IMG/VR virus record: IMGVR_UViG_3300013120_000738
Location: 124,001-188,000 of that record
Strand: one strand, 5' to 3'
DNA: 64,000 bases
This document shows, piece by piece, positions 10,135-20,275 of this stretch. A program made the position numbers and the translations under genes. The notes beneath the pieces were generated by a model. It did no database searches. It was not told the DNA's origin and saw only the letters and a program-made list of their open reading frames with translations. Within the stretch, counting starts at the first letter, position 1, and each line of letters begins with the position of its first letter.

Positions 10135-11090
10135 TAAAAATCTACACAGAATTCAAAGCTGTAAGAAAGAAATTACATATTGCTAGGGCTATAGCACCAT
10201 TTGCCCCTTTCGAAACTCACCACCGTGAAAAACACCCGGCCTATTTCAGAAAAGCAGACCAACTAATAACTATCACAGGTCTTAAAGACTGTGATGTTGC
10301 TATCTATCCAGAAGAATGGCAAGGTAAAAAAGATCAGCACCTCACTAAATTCGTCGATAGGGTAAGAAAAGCCGGTAAGAGAACAGTAGTATTCATGGTC
10401 CAGGACTTTCCACGCAATCCTAATGAAGGATTGGGTTCGTACAAACATCCAGATGTTATTATATTAAAAACATCATGCTACGCCAGTAAAGGCGATACAC
10501 ATGCATTATCTGCGCTACGACCAGACATGCGTGAATTTGCCGATCAGTATAAAATAAGCACTGCACCGAGAGGATGGAAAGATGTACCAACGATTGGCTT
10601 CTGCGGTCAATCCAATACTAGCTTACGATCTAGAATTGTTAAGTCGATTAGAGATAGTGGCCTTAATGATAATTTCATTATACGTCCAAGTTTTTGGGCA
10701 GGATTACCAAGGGATGCTATAATAAATCGTACAGAGAGATACCATAAAGTACGAAGAGAATTTATCCAAAATATGACTCAATCTGATTATTGTCTGTGTA
10801 TGAGAGGTGCTGGAAATTTCTCATTACGGATGTGTGAAGCTATGGCATGTTCCCGTATCCCCGTGTTTATCAATACTGATTGTGTGTTACCATATATGAA
10901 TCATATACCATGGAGAGACATAGTAGTATGGGTTGATAGACCTCGTGATGTGGTTAATGATATTAGAGAATTTCATAAGCGCACAAAACAATCTTTCCGG
11001 GAAGCTCAACAACGTTGTAGAGAGATATGGAAGGATTGGTTAAGTTTAGAGGGATATATATCGAAATTACATCTTATTTTATCAAAATAG
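10131..11090 (+). CDS. Exostosin-family (GT47) glycosyltransferase
   Basis: IGFCGQ, SDYCLCMRGAGNFSLRMCEAMACSRIPVFINTDCVLPY. Confidence 0.8.
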   Translation: MIKIYTEFKAVRKKLHIARAIAPFAPFETHHREKHPAYFRKADQLITITGLKDCDVAIYPEEWQGKKDQHLTKFVDRVRKAGKRTVVFMVQDFPRNPNEGLGSYKHPDVIILKTSCYASKGDTHALSALRPDMREFADQYKISTAPRGWKDVPTIGFCGQSNTSLRSRIVKSIRDSGLNDNFIIRPSFWAGLPRDAIINRTERYHKVRREFIQNMTQSDYCLCMRGAGNFSLRMCEAMACSRIPVFINTDCVLPYMNHIPWRDIVVWVDRPRDVVNDIREFHKRTKQSFREAQQRCREIWKDWLSLEGYISKLHLILSK

Positions 11091-11652
11091 GAGGCATTGT
11101 CTCTATTCTTGTGATTAAATTCCTATAGATTCTGGTTAGAGCCTCTTGGACATGAGGCGGTTGCTTCCGCCAATCACTTTTCCTTTTCTTCCTCTCTAAC
11201 TTTAGTCTACGTCCAAAGAACTCACTTATTTCATCAAGATGATCAAACATTGTTTCGTATTTTATGAATATTATATTATTTATTTTAGCAGTTACCCAAT
11301 TATCAAAATGTTTAGACAATCTAAATTGGTCTCTGCCTTCATCTAAGAATCCTTGAAGAGTTATAGATCCTGGAATTTTAACTCCGAGGTTCAAACCATG
11401 AAGATGACAAAATTTCTTGCCATGATTTTCATGTCTAAAAAAGAATGATAATACAGAATCACGTGGGTCACCGTAAATATATCCGGATTTCTCTTGTATC
11501 TTCTTTGGTGGCACACGACGATGTTTCAGGTGCCCATGATTAGGAATACCTAATGCCCGACGCAAGGCTGTAGTACAACAACCACCATAACTATATATTT
11601 CAGACATATCCTTCTTCTTGGCCGGTACCGCAATCTCTTTATAAGTTGGCAT
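11074..11652 (-). CDS. Sulfotransferase-like protein
   Basis: SYGGCCTT, YIYGDPRDSVLS, IFIKYE; start reassigned to MPTYKE. Confidence 0.5.
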   Translation of the reverse strand: MPTYKEIAVPAKKKDMSEIYSYGGCCTTALRRALGIPNHGHLKHRRVPPKKIQEKSGYIYGDPRDSVLSFFFRHENHGKKFCHLHGLNLGVKIPGSITLQGFLDEGRDQFRLSKHFDNWVTAKINNIIFIKYETMFDHLDEISEFFGRRLKLERKKRKSDWRKQPPHVQEALTRIYRNLITRIETMPPILIK

Positions 11653-11657
11653 ATAAA

Positions 11658-12131
11658 ATGCTACCAATATACCAAGGAAACCCATACGCAATAGATGAGA
11701 ATGAATGGAATCTACTGATAGAATTCCTAAGATCGAATAATATAAGATCAGTCATTGAATTTGGCGTTGGTATCTCAACCAAATTATTTTTGGCCATGTG
11801 TAGCAGAGTAGTCTCTTACGAACATGACCAGGACTGGGCATCCAAATTTGATCATGATGTAATCCTCTATGACCCTATGAAACCAATACAGTATATCGAT
11901 GAAAAATTTGACCTCGCGTTTGTAGATGGTCCAAATGGAAAATTCAGAATTCCTGATAATTGTAGTAGGTACTATACTACGGAAGCTGCGAAAAAGCATT
12001 CTGATATAATCATAATTCATGACTCAAAACGAGATGGTGAGACAGAGACAATAAGAAGATTATTATCAGATTGGCAGAGACAAGATTTACCATCGGCAAG
12101 AGGATTGACCATATTTAGGAGAAAAGGATGA
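11658..12131 (+). CDS. Class I SAM methyltransferase
   Basis: VIEFGVGIST, SYEHD, FDLAFVDGP, IIIHD. Confidence 0.75.
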   Translation: MLPIYQGNPYAIDENEWNLLIEFLRSNNIRSVIEFGVGISTKLFLAMCSRVVSYEHDQDWASKFDHDVILYDPMKPIQYIDEKFDLAFVDGPNGKFRIPDNCSRYYTTEAAKKHSDIIIIHDSKRDGETETIRRLLSDWQRQDLPSARGLTIFRRKG

Positions 12132-13315
12132 AGGTTTTTATAGCAGGTATTGATGGATATCTCGGCTGGCCACTAGCGATGCATCTCTCACAACGTGGTC
12201 ATCAAGTATCAGGTTGTGATACATTGGTCAGACGTAAATGGGTTGCGGAGATGGGAAGTGTATCTGCTATTCCTATCGCAGACTTACCAAGACGACAAAC
12301 ATTGTTCAAGGCTGCATTCAATCATCATCTCGACATACATTTATTAGATCTGACTAATTATCATCGTATAGCAGAAGTGCTAAAAAACGTAGAACCAGAC
12401 GTTATCGTGCACTTCGCTGAGATGCCATCGGCACCATATAGTATGGTAGACTTCGAACATTGTGTTTATACCCATACTAATAATATCAATGGCACACTTG
12501 TCCTACTCCACGCAATGCGAGATGTATGCCCAAATGCTCACCTATTGAAGTTAGGCACGATGGGTGAATATGGTACACCGAATGTGGATATCCCAGAAGG
12601 ATATTTCGATATCGAATATCGCGGTCGACGAGAAGTATTGCCATTCCCAAGGCAAGCTGGTAGTTGGTATCATCAAACCAAAGTCCACGATAGCCATAAC
12701 ATTATGCTTGCCTGCAGAATCTGGGGACTCAAATCCACCGATATTATGCAAGGAGTCGTATATGGTAGTGCTGATATTATGGATGAATACCCAGAACTTG
12801 CTACCAGATTTGATTTTGATCAATGCTTTGGAACGGCCATAAACCGATTTTGTATGCAGGCTGTATTGGGGATTCCAATCACACCATATGGAAAAGGAAA
12901 ACAAAAACGTGGTTTCATTCCTCTAAAGGACTCGATGCAATGTCTTACGCTGGCAGCTGAAAATCCTCCTGAAGATGGCGAATACCGCGTATTTAACCAA
13001 TTCGAAGAAGTGTATGATGTTACTACACTTGCAAATATAGTAGCTAAAGCCGCAAAAAAATTAGGACAGTCTGTTGAAATACGAAATTTAACAAACCCGA
13101 GAAAAGAACAAGAAGATCATTATTACAATCCTGATCATCGACGTTTATTAGAACTTGGGTACGAACCGACAACTGATATTGCGGCTGAAGTCCGTACGAC
13201 ATTAGCTAGATTACTTCCATATAGGGAACAATTAGAGGCGTATAAAGATGTCGTCATACCAGACATTAGATGGGACGGAACAACCAGAAGAAGCGAATAT
13301 CTACCAACATCATGA
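12128..13315 (+). CDS. sqdB: UDP-sulfoquinovose synthase
   Basis: GIDGYLGWP, HFAEMPSAPYSM, HLLKLGTMGEYGTPN, GSWYHQTKVHDS, TDIMQGVVYG, FGTAINRF, GEYRVFNQF. Confidence 0.93.
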   Translation: MKVFIAGIDGYLGWPLAMHLSQRGHQVSGCDTLVRRKWVAEMGSVSAIPIADLPRRQTLFKAAFNHHLDIHLLDLTNYHRIAEVLKNVEPDVIVHFAEMPSAPYSMVDFEHCVYTHTNNINGTLVLLHAMRDVCPNAHLLKLGTMGEYGTPNVDIPEGYFDIEYRGRREVLPFPRQAGSWYHQTKVHDSHNIMLACRIWGLKSTDIMQGVVYGSADIMDEYPELATRFDFDQCFGTAINRFCMQAVLGIPITPYGKGKQKRGFIPLKDSMQCLTLAAENPPEDGEYRVFNQFEEVYDVTTLANIVAKAAKKLGQSVEIRNLTNPRKEQEDHYYNPDHRRLLELGYEPTTDIAAEVRTTLARLLPYREQLEAYKDVVIPDIRWDGTTRRSEYLPTS

Positions 13316-13997
13316 TCTACAGGATATCGAGATCACGTTTAGAGGTAGAAAAATACGAGTATTCGACGGAGATAAACTAGGAGCTCACCTTGCAAAAGGA
13401 CGATATTATGATATAGAGAATCTTAGATTAACTAAACAATATATAGGGCCTGATACAATAGTTATAGATATTGGTGCTAATATTGGAAATCATTCTCTCT
13501 ATTATCTTATTGAATGTGGATGCAAAAACGTCCATGCATTTGAACCAGTACCAGAAACATTCGCTTTATTATTACATAATTTAAAAGATTTTAGTAATGC
13601 TTTATCGTACAATATTGGACTTAGCGATGAAGTGCGAACATATGACCATGGCGGTATAAATCCAGAACGCGTTGGCTCAACAGTATTTGCTGAATCAGAT
13701 ACTGGCACCGTATTTCAGACGCTCGATGAATATGAACTTAATGCTGGTTTTATCAAAATCGACGTAGAAGGTTTTGAACTCAATGTTTTGAAAGGTGCAT
13801 TAGAAACCATACATAGATGTAGACCAGTAATAGCTGTAGAAGTAAGAGAAACTGAAGCTATATCCGCTGGGATGGGGCAACATCTACCAGAAACTGCCGT
13901 AGTAGTTAAAGAATTTCTACTGTCTGAAGGTTACAAAATTAGAACAACTAGAACAGGTGCAACACAATTCATATGTATACCGACATCACCATCATAA
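13248..13997 (+). CDS. FkbM-family methyltransferase
   Basis: IDIGANIGNHS, AFEPVP, IKIDVEGFELNVLKGA. Confidence 0.92.
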   Translation: MSSYQTLDGTEQPEEANIYQHHDLQDIEITFRGRKIRVFDGDKLGAHLAKGRYYDIENLRLTKQYIGPDTIVIDIGANIGNHSLYYLIECGCKNVHAFEPVPETFALLLHNLKDFSNALSYNIGLSDEVRTYDHGGINPERVGSTVFAESDTGTVFQTLDEYELNAGFIKIDVEGFELNVLKGALETIHRCRPVIAVEVRETEAISAGMGQHLPETAVVVKEFLLSEGYKIRTTRTGATQFICIPTSPS

Positions 13998-14704
13998 TGT
14001 GTGTCTACAATAGACCACATTACTTACCCATTACTTTAGAAGCATTTCGGAAACAAACTGTTAAGTTTCCATTTATCATAGTCAACAATAATCCACAACT
14101 ACATGATGAATTCGCAAGAATTGTGGATCAAGCCGATATCGAACAAGTTAGCTTGGTCCATAGTGATCATAATATAGGTGGTTTCGCAAGGTACTTTACC
14201 GCACGTGATTGTGCATCAACTAAACATGTAATATTCATCGATGATGATCAAGGCATGAAGCCTACTATGATTGAACACTTAGCAGCGAATGCTGTAGATG
14301 GTATAGCAGGACTATGGTGCTTCAATTACCGAGATAGTGCTAATACCAGAGATAGAGTAACCCAAGGCAATGCACAATATGTTGGTACTGGTGGCCAAGT
14401 AGCACTACGTACGATCTTTGAGAGTGCTGGGCTCTATACGGAATTTCCAACACAACCACAACCCTTCCTCCCTAAATTAGATAGACCGTGTATGGAAGAT
14501 CTGTGGTCATCATTCTATGCACGAAACAGATTAAAATTGAAGACCGTCGCATGCGGTAAACTAGAAAAATTCGCTAAGAATTTGAATCGTGACGATAAAG
14601 GTAATTTAATCTGTGAGAACCCTGGTCATAGTAATATTACATGGAATTACAAACCAAAATTTATCAGGTGGATGAGCAAACACTTCGGTGAGAAACTTAG
14701 GTAG
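13973..14704 (+). CDS. GT2-family glycosyltransferase
   Basis: IMCVYNRP, NIGG, IFIDDD. Confidence 0.8.
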   Translation: MYTDITIIMCVYNRPHYLPITLEAFRKQTVKFPFIIVNNNPQLHDEFARIVDQADIEQVSLVHSDHNIGGFARYFTARDCASTKHVIFIDDDQGMKPTMIEHLAANAVDGIAGLWCFNYRDSANTRDRVTQGNAQYVGTGGQVALRTIFESAGLYTEFPTQPQPFLPKLDRPCMEDLWSSFYARNRLKLKTVACGKLEKFAKNLNRDDKGNLICENPGHSNITWNYKPKFIRWMSKHFGEKLR

Positions 14705-15461
14705 CATACCACGAAGATGCTTCATTATGCCCTTGCCGTAAATGCTTAAAACCATATGGCTCTCGTAATTTATACACTCCTCTTTTTATCTTTCTAGCTA
14801 ATTTGGCAGCTATCTTCTGCCTCTCCTCAGACCGCCTTCTATATTGGCCCTCTTCTCCCTTTAGAGCGTATCTGTATCTATATGTATTATCATTTTTTGC
14901 TTTACCGGCGTTTGGGTGCATATGTTCGAATATAACTTCTGCAAAGTAGAACCTGACATCGTACCCTAATTTATTCAATCTGTTAGCTATATCATGGACG
15001 TGCGTATCGCACCACTCTCTTAGATATCCCCTTGGTATAAAATAACCTACTTCATTGATCCATGCTCTTGACATTATTGGAAATGTCGCCAAGCCTCGGC
15101 ATTGTATCAAATCATTACCCCAGATGAAATAGAAATGATTGCCGGGATCCGGGGTCATATCATATATCGTTTTATCCCAGTCTTGTGTCCTGAAAACAGC
15201 GTCATCAGCACACATCATTACTCTGTCTGCCGTGGCTAAAGGATAACAATCCTCCCAGAGATCAGACATACATTTAGGTCTTTTCTTGGTAACTATTTTA
15301 CCGTGTTTTTGGATTACATCAGGGACTGTAGAATCATCCGCATCTAGGCGGAATATAAGTTCTACTTTATCAGGATCATGTGCTAGATCGAGGATGGAAG
15401 AAACTAGCCGTTTAATATTATTCGGCCGTTCTCTAGTCGGAATACAGATTGAGAAGTTCAT
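14697..15461 (-). CDS. GT2-like glycosyltransferase
   Basis: SICIPTRERP, MMCADDAVF, WCDT, EHMHP. Confidence 0.8.
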   Translation of the reverse strand: MNFSICIPTRERPNNIKRLVSSILDLAHDPDKVELIFRLDADDSTVPDVIQKHGKIVTKKRPKCMSDLWEDCYPLATADRVMMCADDAVFRTQDWDKTIYDMTPDPGNHFYFIWGNDLIQCRGLATFPIMSRAWINEVGYFIPRGYLREWCDTHVHDIANRLNKLGYDVRFYFAEVIFEHMHPNAGKAKNDNTYRYRYALKGEEGQYRRRSEERQKIAAKLARKIKRGVYKLREPYGFKHLRQGHNEASSWYAT

Positions 15462-16088
15462 ATGAATATCTATTGTTACTATACCCAATCACATGATGTT
15501 TTCTTCAGAGAATGGTTTACAGCGACCATCCAAGATAAGTTTAAAATTGTAAGTACTAGAGACACAACCCAATATTGCAAAACAGCCAGTTACCGAACCA
15601 AAGGTTGGAGAGAAACACAAATAAAGAAAATCAAATTATGGCTAAGAGCTATTAATACTACAGACGTATTCATAGGATCCGATGTCGACATCCAATGGTT
15701 TGGTCCAACAAAGAAAGTCCTATTAAAAGAATTGGGAAAAAGAGATCTCGCTATCCAGTCATACGGAGGTGGTACTGTTTGTTCAGGATTTTTCATTTGC
15801 CGCAGTAATGAAAGAACAAAAAAGCTCTGGACAGCAGTGTTAGAAGGACTTCGTAATAACAAATCACAAGGTGAACAGGATATTTTACAAGGGCACCTGA
15901 ATAACGGGATGGTAAGGTGGACAGAACTATCAAGGAATTTATTCTGGACACCCAACAAAGAATGTGCCCTAAAAAATCTCAAGGTTCCTGATAAGGTATT
16001 GTTACATCATGCTACTTACGTAGTTGGTGTCGATGCTAAGATAAAACAGATGAAATACGTAAGAGATATCGTAAGGCAACGGAAATGA
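15462..16088 (+). CDS. Nucleotide-diphospho-sugar transferase (GT77-like)
   Basis: GSDVDIQWF, VCSGFFI, GEQDIL, HHAT..K. Confidence 0.75.
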   Translation: MNIYCYYTQSHDVFFREWFTATIQDKFKIVSTRDTTQYCKTASYRTKGWRETQIKKIKLWLRAINTTDVFIGSDVDIQWFGPTKKVLLKELGKRDLAIQSYGGGTVCSGFFICRSNERTKKLWTAVLEGLRNNKSQGEQDILQGHLNNGMVRWTELSRNLFWTPNKECALKNLKVPDKVLLHHATYVVGVDAKIKQMKYVRDIVRQRK

Positions 16089-16906
16089 TATACAAAATAC
16101 TACCAAAATTGTTCATAAAAAGAGTACCAACTGAATTAACAGCATTACAAATATTCGAAGCCAATCCAATAGATGTTCCCTATATAGCAGCACCTTGGGC
16201 TGCAATTATAAATGATGAAAGATTAGATGAAGCTCAACAACTATTAAGGTCTATGCGAATAAAGGCAGGTGCATTTACTATATGTCAACATATTTCCTAT
16301 CATAGGATAATACCAATCCTAAAAGAGCTCAATCTCAGAGCTCTGTTTACTCCACACGTCTGCAAAGATCATGCAATCAATGTCTTACCATTTCCACATA
16401 TTGCTAAGCATAGTGGAGATCCTCAAGAAAAAACCATTCATTATTCTTTTATCGGTGCTCCAACGCACCGAGTTAGAGAAGCTATATTCAAAATGCCAAA
16501 AAGGCAAGATGTTGTAATCAAGAGAAGAGGGCAATGGCATTGGGATTCAAGTCCATCAGTTATACAAGAGAATGAAGAAGAATATGTTTCTGTGCTCCGT
16601 AGATCCAGATTTTCGTTATGCCCAAGAGGCACAGGAGCTAGCACGATTAGACTTTGGGAATCATTACGAGCAGGAGCTATACCAGTAATTTTATCAGATG
16701 CTCTTCGCTTACCACGTACTGTCAACTGGCATCACTGTGTTATAAGAATCCCAGAGAAAAGAGTAGACGATGTTCATAAGGTAATTTCACATATCAGTCC
16801 GGATCACGAAGCTGAACTCAGGCAGAACTGTTACAAGGCGTATGAGTTAAATTCTGGCATAAATTTGGTTAAATGTATTAGAGTATACTTTGGAAACATA
16901 ATGTAA
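16085..16906 (+). CDS. Exostosin-family (GT47) glycosyltransferase
   Basis: YSFIG, SRFSLCPRGTGASTIRLWESLRAGAIPVILSD. Confidence 0.82.
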   Translation: MIYKILPKLFIKRVPTELTALQIFEANPIDVPYIAAPWAAIINDERLDEAQQLLRSMRIKAGAFTICQHISYHRIIPILKELNLRALFTPHVCKDHAINVLPFPHIAKHSGDPQEKTIHYSFIGAPTHRVREAIFKMPKRQDVVIKRRGQWHWDSSPSVIQENEEEYVSVLRRSRFSLCPRGTGASTIRLWESLRAGAIPVILSDALRLPRTVNWHHCVIRIPEKRVDDVHKVISHISPDHEAELRQNCYKAYELNSGINLVKCIRVYFGNIM

Positions 16907-16946
16907 AAACATATCTCATCTCATATCCATTCGGACAGGTAGAGCT

Positions 16947-17177
16947 ATGTGGAGCATACAAAATGGTGCTAATCAAGTCACGCTCTTTTACAACAGACAA
17001 AGGGTTGCTGACATCTCATTCTTCACAAATCCAAAGTCGGCTAAAGACTTGGCGGCAAGAATGTTAGTATGTCTCAACCATTGTGAGCATATAAAAACAG
17101 AAGATCTTATTGAACCACCATCTTGCCACAAAGATCCTGAACAAGCTTCAGAGCCGCTGCAATTACCTGCGCCATAG
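16947..17177 (+). CDS. Hypothetical protein
   Basis: 76 aa ORF, GGA upstream. Confidence 0.5.
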   Translation: MWSIQNGANQVTLFYNRQRVADISFFTNPKSAKDLAARMLVCLNHCEHIKTEDLIEPPSCHKDPEQASEPLQLPAP

Positions 17178-18143
17178 AATAATACTTGTAATAAGCGAGC
17201 CTACCACCAAGTATATGGTTAGGATCTATCATTCCTATATATCTTCCATATAGTTCTCTATTTTTAATATCATCGATCGGATAATACTTCTCCCTACCTT
17301 CAATCCAGTCTTGAGGATATTCCTTAGTGATAATCGTCCGAGGATTGTCCGAGAAGTCAAAATGTTTATGTTCAATAATTCTAGTATATGGGGTTTGTTC
17401 TTCAGTATAATTAACCGCAGCTACTCCTTGATAATCACCACTATGTTCTTCCTCTTCGAATCGTAGACTACGCCACTCTAATGCACCATGAGTATAACCA
17501 AAATATTCATCAATCGCTCCAGTAAATACTGTTCTATTCGCAGACGCATCAAGTCCTCTTCTATCACTAAAATAATCAACTCCCAGATGTACTGGAATAC
17601 CCTGTAGTAATCTTTCGAATATAGCAATATACCCGCCTATTGGTATCCCTTGATATTGTACATTATAATAATTATCATCATACGTGAGCCGTATAGGCAC
17701 CCTCATACCAATTGCTTTCGGTAACAATCGAGGCTCTTTTCCCCATTGTTTTTTAGTATATCCATAAAAGAAAATTTGATATATTTCCTCGCCAACTTGC
17801 GATAAAAGCCATTCTTCCAGATTGCTAGGATTATCTGTAGGCACGCGGACTTGCTCGAGTTGAGCTCGAGCTTCTCTCGGTGTGGTAACACCCCATAATT
17901 GATATAATGTTAGTAAATTTATTGGAAAGGAGTAATATATTTCCAGATTTTGTCGCTTCCAGTGTTAAATATATGTGGCCCATATTGATGTACGTGAATA
18001 CCATTCCTATTGTGTGTATAACAATTGCCACCTATATGGTTTCTTCTATCAATAACGAGAATTTTGGCCCCACGATCGGTCATCTCTCGTGCAAAGACAG
18101 ATCCAAATAGGCCCGCACCAACCACTAGATAGTCATATTTCAT
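17107..18143 (-). pseudogene. glf: UDP-galactopyranose mutase with internal deletion and frameshift
   Basis: N-part VVGAGLFG..HIGGNCY..GPHIF..IWKYI, then a frame change to YSFPINLLTLYQLWGVTTP..YQGIP..RIIEHKHF..GRLAYYKY; roughly 20 aa missing relative to typical Glf. Confidence 0.88.
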
Positions 18144-18969
18144 GATTGCATCTGTTGTAATGTGCCGTGACGAAAATGCCTACTTGCGAGAATGGTGTGA
18201 ATGGCATTACGCTATTGGCTTCGATAGGTTATTAATTTTCGATGATCAATCCAAGGTACCATTAGCTGACACGGTACGGACATTCCCGTACTTTTTACGT
18301 GAAGTAATTGAAGTCCATAAGGTTAAAATATCTGATAATAACAGATTGCAGCTAACATATTTAAGTATCATCGTCAATCTAGGCTCAAAATATGAATGGA
18401 TTGCTTTCATTGACACAGATGAATTTATCGTACCAAAACGAGATAAAAATATAAAGACATTATTAAAACGATATAGAGCTTACGGAGGATTAGTACTCAA
18501 TTGGCAAGTTTTTGGTTCAAATGGGAGATTAACCAGAAACAAAGGTAGCCAAATAGATTCACTGATATGGAAAGCAGCTGAAGATAGCCCAGTGAACAAG
18601 CACGTTAAAAGTATAATTCAACCAAGTAAAGTAGTACTAGAACCACCTGGTACTCCACATGCATTTTCATATATAGATGGCACCTATGCTGTAAATTGCC
18701 AAAGAACTAAAGTGGATGGACCATTTTCAGATCCCCACGTAAAAATAGCCCAAATCAATCATTATTTATTGCGGTCTAGAGAAGAATATTTAGAGAAAGC
18801 ACAGCGAGCCAGACCTGATACTGGCCATTGTGTAAGAGACACAAGAGCTTTCGACAGGCACGATAAAGAGTACTCATTAGTACAAGATCTTGCTGCTTTA
18901 AAATTAAAGAAGGAATTACCCAGATTCGGATGGATGTCTATTAGGACACCACCATACTTAGGCATCTAG
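18142..18969 (+). CDS. GT92/Glyco_tranf_2_4-like glycosyltransferase
   Basis: E..YLREWCEWHY.IGFD, IFDDQS, WIAFIDTDEF, HVKSII, INHY. Confidence 0.82.
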   Translation: MIASVVMCRDENAYLREWCEWHYAIGFDRLLIFDDQSKVPLADTVRTFPYFLREVIEVHKVKISDNNRLQLTYLSIIVNLGSKYEWIAFIDTDEFIVPKRDKNIKTLLKRYRAYGGLVLNWQVFGSNGRLTRNKGSQIDSLIWKAAEDSPVNKHVKSIIQPSKVVLEPPGTPHAFSYIDGTYAVNCQRTKVDGPFSDPHVKIAQINHYLLRSREEYLEKAQRARPDTGHCVRDTRAFDRHDKEYSLVQDLAALKLKKELPRFGWMSIRTPPYLGI

Positions 18970-18989
18970 CCAAAATGTATTAATAAAGC

Positions 18990-19496
18990 ATGCCTGATAA
19001 AATAGTTATAATGTACACCGATGGTGCGTGCGAACCAAACCCAGGTCCCGGTGGGTGGGCTGCAATCCTGCAATATACCGACCCTACCGGTCATGTCCAC
19101 GAAAAAGAATTATCTGGTAACGAGGAAAAGAGCACCAACAACCGTATGGAAATTATGGGTGTCTTGGAAGGCCTGCGAGCTTTAAAAGAACCATGCCACG
19201 TCCGCGTATTCTCAGATAGCAAGTATGTTGTCAATTCTATAGGCAATTGGCATAAAGGTCAGGCAATACCCACCAAGGCTGGATGGATAGTCAATTGGAA
19301 GAATAGAGGTTGGCGACGCAAAGAAGGCCCACTCAAGAATATAGAACTTTGGAAACAGATTTGGGAAGAAGTGAAGAAACCACTTACTTTCAAAATCAAA
19401 TGGGTCAGAGGGCATGACGGTAACCCATTGAACGAGCGAGCCGATTTCCTAGCAGTAGAAGCTAGGCTAAAAATTGGGCCTATGATGGCGGACTAG
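18990..19496 (+). CDS. rnhA: Ribonuclease HI
   Basis: YTDGACEPNPGPGGW, TNNRME, SDSKYV, KNIELW, WVRGHDGNPLNERAD. Confidence 0.96.
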   Translation: MPDKIVIMYTDGACEPNPGPGGWAAILQYTDPTGHVHEKELSGNEEKSTNNRMEIMGVLEGLRALKEPCHVRVFSDSKYVVNSIGNWHKGQAIPTKAGWIVNWKNRGWRRKEGPLKNIELWKQIWEEVKKPLTFKIKWVRGHDGNPLNERADFLAVEARLKIGPMMAD

Positions 19497-19502
19497 TATA
19501 AC

Positions 19503-20063
19503 CTAGCCAGTACTCCCAAATCCACCCGCTCCTCGCTCCGTCTCAGAGACCTCGGCTTCGAGAATATTTGCCCTATTAATCACTGTATGTTCAGCTTGGC
19601 ACACTCTATACCCATGAGGTACAATAATATCCTCACTAGTCCTGTTGTAGAGTGGAAGGTAGAGTTCACCACGAAAATCCGCATCAATTACGGCCGTCCC
19701 ATTAGCCATCGTTAAGCCATGTACACCCGTAGAAGACCTAACGTGGATGAAAAGAGCATGGGTGGCTGGGAATTCGACTTTGAAACCAGTCGAAACAAGA
19801 ATTGTCTCTCCGGGTCTGATAAATAGATCGCCAACATTCTCGAATGTTATTGCTGAATCGGCAGATTCAACTGATATCCTCTGACCAGTAACGGATGGGT
19901 AAAAATAATCAAACCGACATTTCTCTCCGAATCTAGAACGAGGCCTTGCACAAGGTCTTTTTAAGCATGCCGCTAGATCGAATGCGACAGATTGAGCAGT
20001 ATGATATGCTGGCACAGGTAAATCATTGCCCGACAACCGTTCCATTTTAATCCACTGAGTCAT
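19503..20063 (-). CDS. dut: dUTPase
   Basis: AFDL, VSTG, RSSTG, GTAVIDADFRGE, RVCQ, TERGAGGFGSTG. Confidence 0.93.
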   Translation of the reverse strand: MTQWIKMERLSGNDLPVPAYHTAQSVAFDLAACLKRPCARPRSRFGEKCRFDYFYPSVTGQRISVESADSAITFENVGDLFIRPGETILVSTGFKVEFPATHALFIHVRSSTGVHGLTMANGTAVIDADFRGELYLPLYNRTSEDIIVPHGYRVCQAEHTVINRANILEAEVSETERGAGGFGSTG

Positions 20064-20269
20064 GAGTTTCCAGCCTTTCGCGCAAAGCAATTAGAAGCCC
20101 AAATAAGTTTAACAGTCCTCAGACAGCCCTTACTGTCGCAGATCTTATATTTATGATATTTACGAGTCGCTGGTTTCCCGCAATTCACGCACCCAATTCC
20201 CCTCTCCATGTTCCGGATTTGTTGTTTCGATAATAAGTCCGAATACTTCGGCTTAGGTTGTGGCGGCAT
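20060..20269 (-). CDS. Small Zn-finger-like hypothetical protein
   Basis: CVNCG..CDSKGC; ATGA overlap with dut. Confidence 0.55.
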   Translation of the reverse strand: MPPQPKPKYSDLLSKQQIRNMERGIGCVNCGKPATRKYHKYKICDSKGCLRTVKLIWASNCFARKAGNS

Positions 20270-20275
20270 CTCTTA

